A stretch of DNA of 64,000 bases from an uncultured Gammaproteobacteria bacterium. GTDB lineage: Bacteria; Patescibacteriota; Microgenomatia; Levybacterales; GWA1-39-11. This document shows, one piece after another, positions 18,546-30,400 of the stretch. The translations under genes were made by a program, and so were the position numbers. The notes below the pieces were generated by a model, which saw only the letters and a list, made by a program, of their open reading frames with translations, did not search any database and was not told where the DNA came from. Location of the stretch: contig CAZEEU010000003.1 in the NCBI GenBank assembly GCA_964511305.1, positions 13,410-77,409 of the forward strand. Reading direction: 5' to 3'. Each line of letters starts with the position of its first letter. The first letter of the stretch is position 1.

Positions 18546-20649
18546 ACTTTGCTTTGATTTGCTCTTGGATCTGTACAGGGACTTCTTCATAGTGAGATGG
18601 TTCCATGTACGCATTTGCACGACCCTGAGTAAGAGATCTTAACGTCGTGATATACCCAGAAAGTTCTGCAAGAGGAACTTGTGCCAAAATAATTCTTGAA
18701 TTTCCACGCTCTTCCGATCCTGAAATTTGAGCTCTTTTTGCTGATAGGTCTCCAATAACGTCTCCCATAAATTCATCAGGGGTTGTTACTTCAACCTTCA
18801 TGATAGGCTCAAGTAGAGTTACTTCAGCTTTTCTAGCACCTGCTTGAAAAGCCTGAGAACCTGCGATCTTAAATGCAATCTCAGAAGAGTCAACGTCATG
18901 ATACGTTCCGTCATAAAGAGTTACTTTTACGTCAACGAGTGGATATCCAAACATAACTCCTCGCTCCATTGCTTCCTTAACACCTTTTTCAACTGGAGGA
19001 ATAAATTCTGCAGGAATAGCTCCTCCCTTAATAGCATTTACAAATTCAAATCCCTCTCCTCTAGGCTTTGATTCAACTGTTAAAAGAACGTGACCATATT
19101 GTCCTCTTCCTCCGGTTTGCTTAATGTACTTAAACTCTGAATTTGCTTGGCCTTTTATTGTTTCTTTATACGCAACTTGAGGAGCTCCTACATTTGCTTC
19201 AACTCCCATTTCTCTCTTCATGCGCTCAACCATAATTTCAAGCTGAAGCTCTCCAACACCTGACATGATTGTTTGTCCTGTTTCATGATTGATCTTAACG
19301 GTAAAAGTAGGATCTTCCTCCATGAGTCTCTTCATGGCAGCTCCCAATTTTTCCTGATCTGACTTTGTTTTAGGCTCAATTGCGAGTGAAATAACTGGAT
19401 CTCTAAAGGTAATTTTCTGAAGAACAATTGGTTTTGCTTCATCACAAAGAGTGTCTCCAGTTATCGTGTCTTTAAATCCAACTATTGCTACAATCTCTCC
19501 AGCAAAAGCTTCTTTAATTTCTTCTCTTTGATTTGCATGCATGAGAAGAAGTCTTCCAACACGCTCTTTGATATCTTTTGTTGAGTTATATGCATAACTT
19601 CCCGAAACAATCTTTCCTGAATAAATACGGACATAAGTAATTTTTCCTACATGAGGATCGACTTGTACTTTAAATGCAAATCCGGTGAATGCTTCTTCTG
19701 GATTTAAGTTTCTTGTTTCTTCTTGCTCGGTCTTTGGATTCATTCCGGTTACTGTTTTAAGATCAAAAGGAGATGGTAGAAAATCAATTACAGCATCAAG
19801 AAGTGGCTGTACGCCCTTATTTCTCAAAGATGTTCCGGCAAAAACAGGAACAACCTTGTATGCAATAGTTGCAGCTCTTAAAGCAGCTTTTAGCTCATCG
19901 TAACCAATTTCTTCTCCGTTGAGGTATTTTTCAAGTAAGGCGTCATCAGTCTCAGCAATCTTTTCAATCATCTGCTCACGGTATTTCTTGACCATGTCAG
20001 CCATTCCATCTGGAATTTCATCTAGAACCTCAAAGCTAGCACCAAGTTCTTCGCCACTCCAAATATATGACTTTTGATCTAGGACATGATAGATACCCTT
20101 GAAATCATTTTCAGCTCCAATTGGAAGTCCAATTGTGATTGGATTTGCCCCTAGTCTGTCAATAACTGATTGGATTGTCTTTTCATAATCAGCTCCTAAT
20201 TTATCCATTTTGTTAATGAAACAAATTCTAGGAACGTTGTATTTATCAGCCTGTCTCCAAACGGTTTCGGATTGTGACTGAACTCCTTCTTCTGCGTCCA
20301 AAACAGTAATTGCTCCGTCAAGAACACGAAGAGATCTTTCAACTTCAGCTGTAAAGTCTACGTGACCGGGAGTATCAATAAGGTTGAATCTGTGGTCTTT
20401 CCAAAATGTAGTTGTAGCAGCTGACACGATAGTGATCCCTCTTTCTCTTTCCTGATCCATCCAGTCCATAGTTGCTGCTCCTTCATGAACTTCTCCAATT
20501 TTATAAGTACGTCCTGTGTAGTAAAGAATACGCTCAGAAGTTGTTGTTTTACCTGCATCAATATGCGCGATAATTCCAAAATTTCGGATTTTGTCTAATG
20601 CGACATTTCTGTCTTTTGTAACTGTTGTTTGTGGGGCTGTGCCTGCCAT
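18520..20649 (-). CDS. fusA: Elongation factor G
   Basis: [26 protein letters not shown], full domain set. Confidence 0.99.
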   Translation of the reverse strand: MAGTAPQTTVTKDRNVALDKIRNFGIIAHIDAGKTTTSERILYYTGRTYKIGEVHEGAATMDWMDQERERGITIVSAATTTFWKDHRFNLIDTPGHVDFTAEVERSLRVLDGAITVLDAEEGVQSQSETVWRQADKYNVPRICFINKMDKLGADYEKTIQSVIDRLGANPITIGLPIGAENDFKGIYHVLDQKSYIWSGEELGASFEVLDEIPDGMADMVKKYREQMIEKIAETDDALLEKYLNGEEIGYDELKAALRAATIAYKVVPVFAGTSLRNKGVQPLLDAVIDFLPSPFDLKTVTGMNPKTEQEETRNLNPEEAFTGFAFKVQVDPHVGKITYVRIYSGKIVSGSYAYNSTKDIKERVGRLLLMHANQREEIKEAFAGEIVAIVGFKDTITGDTLCDEAKPIVLQKITFRDPVISLAIEPKTKSDQEKLGAAMKRLMEEDPTFTVKINHETGQTIMSGVGELQLEIMVERMKREMGVEANVGAPQVAYKETIKGQANSEFKYIKQTGGRGQYGHVLLTVESKPRGEGFEFVNAIKGGAIPAEFIPPVEKGVKEAMERGVMFGYPLVDVKVTLYDGTYHDVDSSEIAFKIAGSQAFQAGARKAEVTLLEPIMKVEVTTPDEFMGDVIGDLSAKRAQISGSEERGNSRIILAQVPLAELSGYITTLRSLTQGRANAYMEPSHYEEVPVQIQEQIKAKSNFVPKEE

Positions 20650-20661
20650 ATATTTTTGGTC

Positions 20662-20683
20662 AAAAAAACGACCTCGAAAGGTC
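20662..20683 (-). terminator. Terminator-like hairpin in the fusA leader
   Basis: GACCT-TTCG-AGGTC-G-T7 between TGATAGAAT (20701-20693) and the ATG. Confidence 0.55.
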
Positions 20684-20791
20684 TTATGAGTTATTCTATC
20701 AAATTGAGGTGAAAAAAGAAAGCGGAAATTGATTTCTAACTAGCTTGAACCAATACGAAATAATTGCCAAACGATAATCACCAAGTCTCGA

Positions 20792-22321
20792 CTACTCCCA
20801 CTCCATAGTGGCTGGAGGCTTCGTAGATATATCGTAAACTACACGAGAGACAGCAGGCACTTCATTTACTATGCGTGATGATATCGTCTGCAAAACATCA
20901 TAAGGAAGACGTGACCACGTTGAAGTCATAACGTCATTACTTTCAACAACACGCAAAGCAACTACTTCAGAAAAGCTTCTCCCATCCCCCTTAACTGCAG
21001 TAGACATTGCACCAGTCATAACAGGAAAAGATATAAATACTTTATCCAATAACTTTGCTTTTTCCAATTCCTCAAGAACAATAATATCTGCCTTTTCCTC
21101 CATCTTAAGCCTTTCCTCTGTCACCTCTCCACGAATTCTGACAGCATATCCTGGTCCAGGGAAAGGCTGCTTATACACAAATTCTTTTGGCAGATCCATC
21201 TTAAGACCAATTGCCCTCACTTCATCTTTATAAAATTCTCTGACGGGCTCGAGTAACTTCATTCTCATGTGCTTTGGTAGACCACCTACATTATGATGAG
21301 ATTTAATTTTTGAGGAATGCTTCGTGCCTTTGCTCTCAATAACATCAGAATAAATGGTTCCTTGCATGAGAAATTCGGGCTTAACCCCACTTTTTTCGAG
21401 TCGATCCAGCTCTCTTTCAAATATTTCTATATAGTGTCTCCCTATGATTTTTCTTTTTGTTTCAGAATCCTTTATGCCTTTGAGAAGAACTAGCATTTCA
21501 GCTCTCACATCAATAATTACTGGCTTTATACCAATATGCTCAAATATTGCTTTTACATGATCTGTAGTTCCATGGCGCATGAGGCCATTGTCTACGTAGA
21601 TGGGGTAGAAATGGTCTCCAATTGCTTTTGCGGTAAGAACTGCCGCAACCGTACTGTCAACTCCTCCGCTGACCGCACCAATAACATAGCTATCTCCTAC
21701 TTTTTCTTTTATATCCTCAACAAGAGTTAGCGGGGAAATTGTCTGCTTACCTACTGTGATTCCACAAATTGTCAGGAAATTTCTTAATAATTCTAGCCCA
21801 AAATCTGTATGCTCTACCTCGGGGTGAAATTGCAACCCAAACATTTTTTTCTTCACATCCCCAACGACCGCAAATTTCATATTTTTAGTTGTCCCAAAGA
21901 CCTTCATCCCGGTTGGCACTTTTACAATTTCGTCTCCATGACTCATCCAAGCTGTAAATCTTGGCAATACATTGCGGCAAAATAGTACTTCTTTCCCTCG
22001 TATTGAAAGGTCTACCTTCACCGGACCGTACTCTTTTCTTCCCTGAACGACAGCCCCACCATTGAGATGCGCTATAAGCTGCAATCCGTAACATATTCCA
22101 AGAAGAGGAATACCTAAGGAAAATATCACAGGATCAATAGTTGGCGCACCATCTTCATAGACAGAAGCAGGACCCCCTGAGAGTATTATTCCTTTAGGTT
22201 CTGGGAATATATCTGGACGGAATTTATGAGGTTCAATTATAGAGACTGGAACGCCTAATTCTTTAATCCGTCGGGCAATTAAGTGAGTTGTTTGTGAACC
22301 AAAATCAATAATTAAAATCAT
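20792..22321 (-). CDS. guaA: GMP synthase (glutamine-hydrolysing)
   Basis: IIDFGSQ, GICYG, QFHPEV, SGGVDS, IKSHHNVGGLP, KPPATMEWE. Confidence 0.98.
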   Translation of the reverse strand: MILIIDFGSQTTHLIARRIKELGVPVSIIEPHKFRPDIFPEPKGIILSGGPASVYEDGAPTIDPVIFSLGIPLLGICYGLQLIAHLNGGAVVQGRKEYGPVKVDLSIRGKEVLFCRNVLPRFTAWMSHGDEIVKVPTGMKVFGTTKNMKFAVVGDVKKKMFGLQFHPEVEHTDFGLELLRNFLTICGITVGKQTISPLTLVEDIKEKVGDSYVIGAVSGGVDSTVAAVLTAKAIGDHFYPIYVDNGLMRHGTTDHVKAIFEHIGIKPVIIDVRAEMLVLLKGIKDSETKRKIIGRHYIEIFERELDRLEKSGVKPEFLMQGTIYSDVIESKGTKHSSKIKSHHNVGGLPKHMRMKLLEPVREFYKDEVRAIGLKMDLPKEFVYKQPFPGPGYAVRIRGEVTEERLKMEEKADIIVLEELEKAKLLDKVFISFPVMTGAMSTAVKGDGRSFSEVVALRVVESNDVMTSTWSRLPYDVLQTISSRIVNEVPAVSRVVYDISTKPPATMEWE

Positions 22322-22357
22322 AATGGGGGACAGAGTCAATGGAGCGTTTCATAATTT

Positions 22358-22386
22358 AATATATTCGAATCGTATATCAGTGTCAA
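22358..22386 (-). promoter_or_regulatory. Sigma70-type promoter of guaA
   Basis: TTGACA-17 nt-TATATT. Confidence 0.65.
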
Positions 22387-22414
22387 TTGCGTATGTGTTT
22401 GATACAATACCCGT

Positions 22415-23512
22415 ATGTTTGAAAGTAGAATAAAGTCCCTCCAAGACAATCTTTCTGACCACGAAATTGAAGCCCTGCTTATTACATCTCCCTATAACAT
22501 TGCGTATTTATCTGGTATTCATGCTTTTTCTATCGAAGAACGCGAAGCGCGCATTCTTATAACCAAAAAGTCAATTTATCTATTTACCGACGCAAGATAC
22601 ACAGAAATGGTTAGAACTAATGCACCATTTATAGAACTCTCTGAAATTTCTTCAGATAATCCTTTCTCAAGAGCATTTCAAAAAGCAGCCGAAAACGAAA
22701 GCCTTAAGGAAATTGGTTTTGAAGAGGAATCAATTACCTATAAAGAGGCTGCTGATCTTGAGGAGAAATTTAGCAACATAGAATTTATCCCGACTGTTGA
22801 TATCGTAGAGGATGTGCGAACCATAAAGGATAGCGCCGAAGCAGAAAATGTAAAAAAAGCGTGCCAACTCACTGACAAAGCATATGCTTTTATATTGAAA
22901 GCATTAGCACCTGGAGTTACCGAAACCGAAGTTAAGGCACAATTAGAAAATTTCATGAGACTTGAAGGAGGCGACCTATCCTTTTCCTCAATTGTTGCTT
23001 TTGGCAAGAATTCAGCAATACCACATCATCTGTCCAACGGCACAAGGCTTCAAGAAGAAGATATTGTACTTCTCGACTTTGGAGCAAAAATTGGGGGATA
23101 TTGTAGTGATATGACCCGCACTGTATTTCTTGGAGAACCCACTGAAGAAATGCACAAAATTTACCATGCAACTCTTGAAGCACAAGAAGTAGCAATTGAT
23201 TACATACGCACTCACATGAAGGAAGAATTCGAGCTGAAAAAAGCTCACGAGATTGCCAATAGTCATCTCAATAAGCTTGAATATCCAGATATCCCCCACA
23301 GCCTCGGTCATGGAGTTGGGCTTCAAGTACATGAAATGCCGATGGTGTCCCCATATTCTGATGAAAAATTAGCCCCCGGGATGGTAATTACCGTTGAACC
23401 AGGAATTTACAAAGCAGGACTTGGAGGAGTCAGAATTGAAGACACATGCTTGGTTACTACTAACGGTATTGAAATTTTAACTAACTCAAGCAAAACTCTT
23501 ATCACTCTTTAG
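22415..23512 (+). CDS. Xaa-Pro aminopeptidase (M24B)
   Basis: PHH, DFG...YCSDMTRT, HSLGHGVGLQVHE, EPGIY, GVRIED. Confidence 0.95.
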   Translation: MFESRIKSLQDNLSDHEIEALLITSPYNIAYLSGIHAFSIEEREARILITKKSIYLFTDARYTEMVRTNAPFIELSEISSDNPFSRAFQKAAENESLKEIGFEEESITYKEAADLEEKFSNIEFIPTVDIVEDVRTIKDSAEAENVKKACQLTDKAYAFILKALAPGVTETEVKAQLENFMRLEGGDLSFSSIVAFGKNSAIPHHLSNGTRLQEEDIVLLDFGAKIGGYCSDMTRTVFLGEPTEEMHKIYHATLEAQEVAIDYIRTHMKEEFELKKAHEIANSHLNKLEYPDIPHSLGHGVGLQVHEMPMVSPYSDEKLAPGMVITVEPGIYKAGLGGVRIEDTCLVTTNGIEILTNSSKTLITL

Positions 23513-23651
23513 ATATAACATCCCACAATTTTTAAGCTTTAATTACTAATTTCTAGGCAAAGTTTGGAAATTTAGAGTAATTAGAATAATTAGGTAAATT
23601 AGAAATTCAAGGAGGTTGACTCGTCAACTGATTTGTTGTATTTTAATTGAC

Positions 23652-24341
23652 GTGAACAAAGTCCCATTTGTCGTTATAGGCATACTCTTGCTAACTGCAG
23701 TTTTTGTTGCAGCTTTTTCAAGCAATGATGGTAAAAATCCTCTAGACGCTCTAGGAGATGTATCTCCAACGCCTTCTTTCAAACTCAATAATACTCAGAA
23801 TGATCAAAATGCTCAGCAGCAACAAGCACAACAACAAGCACAACCAACCCAGCAAGTTGTTCCTACAACCCCAGTATCTGATATACTATCTGCCACAGTG
23901 ATAACTATACACACAGCCAAAGGAGATATTGTTCTTGATCTTTATCCAAATGACGCTCCAAAAACAGTTCAAAATTTTGCAACCCATGCAAAAAAGGGGT
24001 ATTACAATGGCCTCACATTCCATAGAGTAGAACCTGGATTTGTTATTCAAGGAGGGGATCCAAATGGCAACGGAACAGGAGGCTACTCTATTTTTGGTGC
24101 AACTTTTGCGGATGAATTAAATCCTGATACTGAAAGCTACAAAGCCGGTTACCAAGAAGGAGTACTTGCCATGGCAAATAGAGGACCAAATACAAATGGG
24201 TCACAATTTTTCATTATGCTTGCAGATAACACAACACTACCAAAAAATTACACAATTTTTGGCAAAGTTAAGGAAGGTATGGATGTAGTTAAGCAAATCG
24301 TAAAAGGTGACAAAATGACAACCGTAGAAGTTGTTGAATAG
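23652..24341 (+). CDS. Cyclophilin-type peptidyl-prolyl isomerase with N-terminal membrane anchor
   Basis: [39 protein letters not shown]; GTG start at 23652. Confidence 0.95.
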   Translation: MNKVPFVVIGILLLTAVFVAAFSSNDGKNPLDALGDVSPTPSFKLNNTQNDQNAQQQQAQQQAQPTQQVVPTTPVSDILSATVITIHTAKGDIVLDLYPNDAPKTVQNFATHAKKGYYNGLTFHRVEPGFVIQGGDPNGNGTGGYSIFGATFADELNPDTESYKAGYQEGVLAMANRGPNTNGSQFFIMLADNTTLPKNYTIFGKVKEGMDVVKQIVKGDKMTTVEVVE

Positions 24342-24782
24342 TTATTGAAATAAGAATTTCATAAATAACCACGCTGAAGCAATTACCCCTATAACGCTTA
24401 ATGATTGCCATGTAGTTTGCATTACAATCCATGTCTCTTCTCCTTTGAACCACTTTTTTGGCCACAATGTATGAGGCGCATTTCTGTGTGCATGTGCAAA
24501 TTGCTCCAAGAACCAATAAATCTGTTCACCAATAGAACGTATAGTCCAGAATACTGAAAAAATAAGGAGAAAAAGAATCCATTGCTGAAAAAGGAGACAA
24601 AAAAGTGTGACAACGGCAAAGAAAAGTCCAAATACCACAGCATCAATCCACACAAAAACCCCAATTGGCAAAAACCACTTTACCAATCCAAAAGGATTCT
24701 TCTTTTTTCTTACCCCAAGAACAAGCGCAATAACCGAATAACAAAAGAAAGCCACGAGAAATATATTTGAAAAAGTATTCAT
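24342..24782 (-). CDS. Hypothetical membrane protein
   Basis: About 4 hydrophobic helices; TGGTATAAT upstream. Confidence 0.7.
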   Translation of the reverse strand: MNTFSNIFLVAFFCYSVIALVLGVRKKKNPFGLVKWFLPIGVFVWIDAVVFGLFFAVVTLFCLLFQQWILFLLIFSVFWTIRSIGEQIYWFLEQFAHAHRNAPHTLWPKKWFKGEETWIVMQTTWQSLSVIGVIASAWLFMKFLFQ

Positions 24783-24880
24783 AAAGTAAAAGGGATTATA
24801 CCAAAAAAGCGATTTTGTTAGGTTTTTGTGAGGTAGCGGTGAAGCACAGCCCTACCCTCGGGCATACAATAGCCTTAATT

Positions 24881-26419
24881 ATGAGTGAATTCGCACCAAC
24901 CATAGCACAACCAATAACAAATGGTGCTCCCACACAACCAATGGGGGCTGAAAATTTTTCTTCCTTTTCCTCAAGAGGGATATTCAAGGATATCCGTTCT
25001 AATTCAAGTGAAGGAATTATTGATATCAATAATGGAATGGATAAAGATTCTGAATTTCAACGATCAGAATCTTTTGAGACGCAAGTTCAGGACAGTCAGT
25101 CTCTTTTTGATATTTCAAATCCTCATCAAGAGCAAGGAATTGGAAATTTTGATCAACCAGCACAAAGCACGGAGACTAATACAACTAAACAAGAGGATGA
25201 AGGAGCAGTAACACATAGTGATAAAAATAAGGAGTTCACTGACATGCTTTCCAACTCAACTGTGCTCTGGGAAAGTCCAACTTCAAAATTAAAAGGATAT
25301 AGAACTCAAGAAACACCTGCTCAGAGCACTGAAAAACCAACTCTTTTAAAAGAAAATGCAGAGCAAACGATTGAGACAGCATCTGACGCATCTACCCAAC
25401 TGGAAGCTTCTGAAGCTACAACTAAAGTAGAACAACAGAATTCTATTTCGCAAAACACATTAACAGCATCAACAGCTCAACCAGAAAATATAAGCGCTCT
25501 TGCTACTGAAGACCAAACTCAAGCCGAGGCATCTGTTCAACCAAAAACCGAAGTGTCTTCTGAGCAAGCAACGAATATTGCATCTGTTACACATGTAGAG
25601 GCCACTCCCACTGACTCACCCCAACTTCAACCTGAAGTTCGTACGCAAATAGAAACTACTACTACAGCTCTTGAAGCAGTAAGAGAAGAGGTAAGACTAA
25701 TGCCCGACACAAAAGAGGTAACAGTTACTCTTACTCAACCGTTGCCAGAACTACAAAAACAAGCAAAAACCCAAGTAATGGATAAAGACGCTCTTGAGAA
25801 AATGCTCGCAACAGAAAAAGTTCAAAAAACTAAGGTTCAAACCGAAAAGGAACTTGATACAAAAGCAACTCCTACCATGAAAGGGAAAGAAGTAGCAGGT
25901 CTTGAAGAAGAGGATGAAGATGAAACAACTATTACTATTACAAAAGCATGGTTTGAAGAAGATGTAGTAGCCAATAAAAATAGGAGACTAGAAATAGTTA
26001 AAGCATATGCTTTAGTGCACTATAAGTGGCTTAGACAGTACATTTCAAGAATCGATGGGTCAGCGGTCGCGGATACTATTAAAAAACACCGGGATCGAGA
26101 GAAGCTTGAAAGCCAGTCGATAAAGCGTATTCAAAGGGATGGCTCAGTTGACCCATTTGCAGAAACAATTGAAAAAGCAAAGCACATCGAGGAACTAGAC
26201 GAATTAGATTCATTATTGGATGATGCCGAGAAAGAATACTCAGGAACTAACTTTACTACAAAACCAACTGAGGAAATAGTGGATGGAGAACAAATAGATC
26301 GCGTCCACAATGGAGAAGAGGAGTTTTATGCAAATCTTGACGGAGAAGAAGTAAAAGTTATTATGAATGGAGCAAGAAATGCCAAAAAACCAGTGTTTAT
26401 AAAGGTAGAAATGGAATAA
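24881..26419 (+). CDS. Hypothetical acidic, largely disordered protein
   Basis: Long T/E/Q/S-rich ORF; ATG 24881 follows TACAAT. Confidence 0.7.
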   Translation: MSEFAPTIAQPITNGAPTQPMGAENFSSFSSRGIFKDIRSNSSEGIIDINNGMDKDSEFQRSESFETQVQDSQSLFDISNPHQEQGIGNFDQPAQSTETNTTKQEDEGAVTHSDKNKEFTDMLSNSTVLWESPTSKLKGYRTQETPAQSTEKPTLLKENAEQTIETASDASTQLEASEATTKVEQQNSISQNTLTASTAQPENISALATEDQTQAEASVQPKTEVSSEQATNIASVTHVEATPTDSPQLQPEVRTQIETTTTALEAVREEVRLMPDTKEVTVTLTQPLPELQKQAKTQVMDKDALEKMLATEKVQKTKVQTEKELDTKATPTMKGKEVAGLEEEDEDETTITITKAWFEEDVVANKNRRLEIVKAYALVHYKWLRQYISRIDGSAVADTIKKHRDREKLESQSIKRIQRDGSVDPFAETIEKAKHIEELDELDSLLDDAEKEYSGTNFTTKPTEEIVDGEQIDRVHNGEEEFYANLDGEEVKVIMNGARNAKKPVFIKVEME

Positions 26420-26436
26420 AATTCAGAATCGGGAGA

Positions 26437-26916
26437 TTAAAATCTAAAATGTGCGAAGGCTTTGTTGGCGTCTGCCATTTTGTGTACTGAGTCTCTTTTT
26501 CTTATTGCTTCACCTTCATTATTAAGAGCTGCAATGATCTCTGAAGCTAATTTCTCTGAAAAACTCTTATAATCAGTGTTAGGTTTTTTTCTTGTTGCGT
26601 CAAGCAACCATCGGATTGAAAGTGAAACTTTTCTTGCTCCTCTTACTTCCATAGGAACCTGATAAGCAGCTCCTCCGACTCTTTTTGCTCTAACTTCTTG
26701 TCTTGGAGCGATAGCATCAAGTGCTTTTTCGAAAGACTGAATTGGGTCCATACCCTTCTCCTTAAGGATATCCAATGCATTATAAACGTTCTTCTGGGCA
26801 ACGGTTTTTTTGCCGTCTTCCATAACATTATTTATGAATTTTGAAAGCAAAGTAGATCCATAAATAGGATCTGGATTCATTTTTCTTTTTTCAACTGTTT
26901 TATGTCCTCTTGGCAT
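26437..26916 (-). CDS. rpsG: 30S ribosomal protein S7
   Basis: PDPIY, GKKTVA, RVGGAAYQVP, MADANKAFAHFR. Confidence 0.99.
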   Translation of the reverse strand: MPRGHKTVEKRKMNPDPIYGSTLLSKFINNVMEDGKKTVAQKNVYNALDILKEKGMDPIQSFEKALDAIAPRQEVRAKRVGGAAYQVPMEVRGARKVSLSIRWLLDATRKKPNTDYKSFSEKLASEIIAALNNEGEAIRKRDSVHKMADANKAFAHFRF

Positions 26917-26921
26917 ATATA

Positions 26922-27347
26922 CTAAGCGGCTGCTGCGCCGCCTCCTTTCTTTGCTCCATACTTACTTCTTGATGTCTTTCTTCCCTGTACACCAGCAAGG
27001 TCAAATTTACCTCTAACTAAATGGTATTTTACACCTGGCAAGTCTTTTACACGACCACCGCGTACTAAGACAATTCCGTGTTCTGCTAGATTGTGTCCAA
27101 CTCCTTGAATGTATGCGGTAACTTCTTCTCTGTTTGAAAGCTTAACGCGAGCCACTTTACGAAGAGCTGAATTAGGCTTTTTTGGAGTCATTGTTCTAAC
27201 CAAAGTGACTACACCTCTTTTTTGTGGAGATGGATTCTCTGTATAGGCTCTATTTTTTGCATTAAAAATAGTTCGCAAACCAGTTGCTTTGATTTTCTTG
27301 CCTTTTTTGGCTCTTCCTTTTTTAACTAATTGATTAAGTGTTGGCAT
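26922..27347 (-). CDS. rpsL: 30S ribosomal protein S12
   Basis: [26 protein letters not shown]. Confidence 0.99.
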   Translation of the reverse strand: MPTLNQLVKKGRAKKGKKIKATGLRTIFNAKNRAYTENPSPQKRGVVTLVRTMTPKKPNSALRKVARVKLSNREEVTAYIQGVGHNLAEHGIVLVRGGRVKDLPGVKYHLVRGKFDLAGVQGRKTSRSKYGAKKGGGAAAA

Positions 27348-27355
27348 ATTTTAAT

Positions 27356-27420
27356 TAGGGTTTAGTTCCTAGGGTTTAGATTTTTTAAATTTTTTTTCTA
27401 AACGCTAAACGCTAAACGCT
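27356..27420. repeat. Inverted heptamer-periodic repeat
   Basis: tagggtt-like x4 facing ctaaacg x3. Confidence 0.75.
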
Positions 27421-27438
27421 TGTGTTGTATTATATCTC

Positions 27439-30400
27439 TTACTCTGAAGTATTTCCAGCCTCAGGGTCTTCTTTGATAGCCTCGACTGCTTCTTCAACAG
27501 CGGCCTCATCAGATGGAGCAGTATCCTCAGCAGATACTTCTGTTGGTATGTCTTCTTTTTCATCTTCTTCTACTATTGCTTCGTCAACAACTTTTTCAGC
27601 CTTTGTATCCTCCTCAGCTTTTGATTCAGCTTCAATTACAGGTTTTTCTTCAGCGGCGATTTCTTCTGTCACAACCTCCTCAACCGGCTGATCAGCTTCG
27701 ACAGGAGCAATATAGTTATCCATTAAATGTTCTCGTACTGGAATTAGTCTTCCAACGATAACATTTTCTTTAAGGCCGATAAGATTATCAACTTTACCCT
27801 CAAGTGAAGCATCTGTTAGCACCTGAGTTGTTTCTTGGAATGAAGCTGCTGACAACCATGAGTCAGTAACAAGTGCTGACTTAGTAACTCCAAGCATTGT
27901 TTCTCTTGCTGTTGCTGGTTCTCCACCCTCTGCAATACCTGCTGCATTCTCATCTTCAAATCTAAGCTTTGAGATAAGATCTCCAGGTAGAAGAGAAGTG
28001 TCTCCTGCTGTTTCGATCATTACCTTATCTGACATCTTTCTAACAATAGTCTCAAAGTGCTTGTAGTGAATTGAAATACCTTGGGACTCATACACATATT
28101 GGATCTGGTTGATAAGATACTGTTGTGCTTTTTCAAGTCCGCCAACTTTAAGAACGTCTTTTGGATCCAAATGTCCTTCACAAAGCTGTGTTCCGGCTAC
28201 GACTTGCTCTCCGTCTTCAATAAGTAGACTTGATGCAAGAGGAACAAAGTATTCTCTTTCCTCAACAGGCTTTACCTTAGTATTCTTAACTTTAACGATG
28301 TATCCGTCTTCAACTTTTTCAACACTTGCCTTACCTGTGATTTCAGCAACTGGTGCCAAATTCTTTGGACGTCTTACCTCAAATAGTTCTTCCACACGAG
28401 GTAGACCTTGTGTAACGTCGCTCATAACAACTCCTCCAAAGTGCTTAACACGCATAGTAAGCTGTGTTCCAGGCTCTCCGATAGATTGGGCGGCAATAAC
28501 TCCAACAGGTGTTCCAAGATCAGCTCTCTTGTATGAAGAAAGGTCCCATCCGTAACATGCTGCACACATTCCGTATTTAAGTCTGCAATACATAGGTGTT
28601 CTGATATCTGCTGAGAGAACTGAATCATCCTTAAGGATCTCGTTCAATTTCTCGTGATCAATATCTTCACCCTTCTTTACATAAACTTTCTTAGTTTTCT
28701 TTGAAACAATATCTTTAAGTGCAACTCTTCCCAAAAGCATATTTACAATTGGAGTTACATTCTCACGATTTTCCAAAGGAATATGGTATCCCATTGTAGT
28801 TCCGCAGTCTGCCTCGCGGATAATAACATCATGTGTAACGTCAACGAGACGTCGTGTTAGATATCCTGCATCTGCTGTCTTAAGAGCAGAGTCAGTAAGA
28901 CCCTTTCTAGATCCTCTAGCTGAATTTACGTATTCAAAGATTGAAAGACCTTCTCTAAAGTTAGACTTAATCGGAAGCTCAACGATACGTCCTAGTGGAT
29001 CGTAAATAAGACCTCTCATAGCAGCAAGCTGCTTGATCTGATCTTTTCCTGCACGTGCTCCTCCTGAATCAGCAATTATTCTAACAATGTCATTCTTTGC
29101 AAAAAGATCCCATGTAAGATTTGCCATCTTTTCAGTTACTTCAAGCCATACGTGATTCATAAGTCTCTTCTGCTCAGTAAGAGTGATAAGACCCTGTTGA
29201 TACTCGTTTTCGATATTCTGAATTTGTTTTTCAGCTGCATCGATAAGCGTATTTTTGTTATCAAGCATTTTCAAATCAAATGTTGATACTGAAATTCCTG
29301 AAATTGTTGCTGCATAGAATCCAATTTCCTTAATTTTGTCGATAAGATTTGCAACTTCAACTTCTGAAGTATCAACCATTGCCTTTGTGATGATTTCTCT
29401 GATTGTTGAAGCCTTGATTTCTTCATTTACAAATCGCATCTTAAGAGGTAGAGCCTCATTGAACATAATTCGTCCCAAAGTTGTCTCAAGAATCTTTCCG
29501 TCAAATCTGATTATGATAGGTTCTCTAAGCGTTATCATTTTTAGAGAAAGAGCAAGATATGCTTCAGATGGCTCTGAGAACATAGGAAGAGTCTCTTTTC
29601 TCTTTGATTCATCAATACTTGTAAGGTAGAAAGTTCCGAGTGCCATTTCTTTGTTAGGAAGAGTTATAGGATTACCATCAGCAGGCTTTAAGAGATTTGA
29701 TGCTGGCATCATGAGTTGGATTGCCTCATCCTGAGCTCTTTGTGAAAGAGGTACATGAATAGCCATTTGATCTCCGTCAAAGTCAGCATTGTAACCTGCG
29801 CAAACACAAGGATGGATCTTAATAGCGCTTCCTTCAACAAGTACAGGATAAAAAGCCTGAATACCTAGTTTGTGAAGGGTGGGAGCACGATTCAACAACA
29901 CAGGGTGATTTCTTGTGATTTCTTCCAAGATATCAAATACTTCTGGCGGTCTCTTTTCGATATATCTCTTTGCAGCCTTTGCATTTGGAGTTGTAAGCCC
30001 TCTTGCAATGACTTCACGGATAACAAAAGGCTTAAATAGCTCAAGTGCCATTTCTTTTGGTAGTCCACATTGATTTAGTGAAAGCTCTGGACCAACGATA
30101 ATTACAGAACGTCCAGAATAATCAACACGCTTTCCAAGAAGATTCTTTCTAAATCTTCCCTGCTTTCCACGGAGCACGTCAGAAAGGGACTTAAATTGTC
30201 TTTGAGTCGACGAAGCCCTTATTGATGTGTCGATAAGGTAATCAACTGATTCTTGAAGCATTCTCTTTTCATTTCTTAAGATAATTTCAGGTGCTCCAAG
30301 AGAGATAAGATGGTTAAGTCTGTTATTTCTATTAATTACTCTTCTATAAAGATCATTAAGATCAGATGTAGCAAATCTTCCTCCATTAAGTTGAACCATT

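Noticed and set aside
23606-23651. AAGGAGG SD with TTG start at 23616 for the cyclophilin
   Set aside because: The SD abuts the TTG with zero spacing; GTG at 23652 gives a better membrane-anchor N-terminus.
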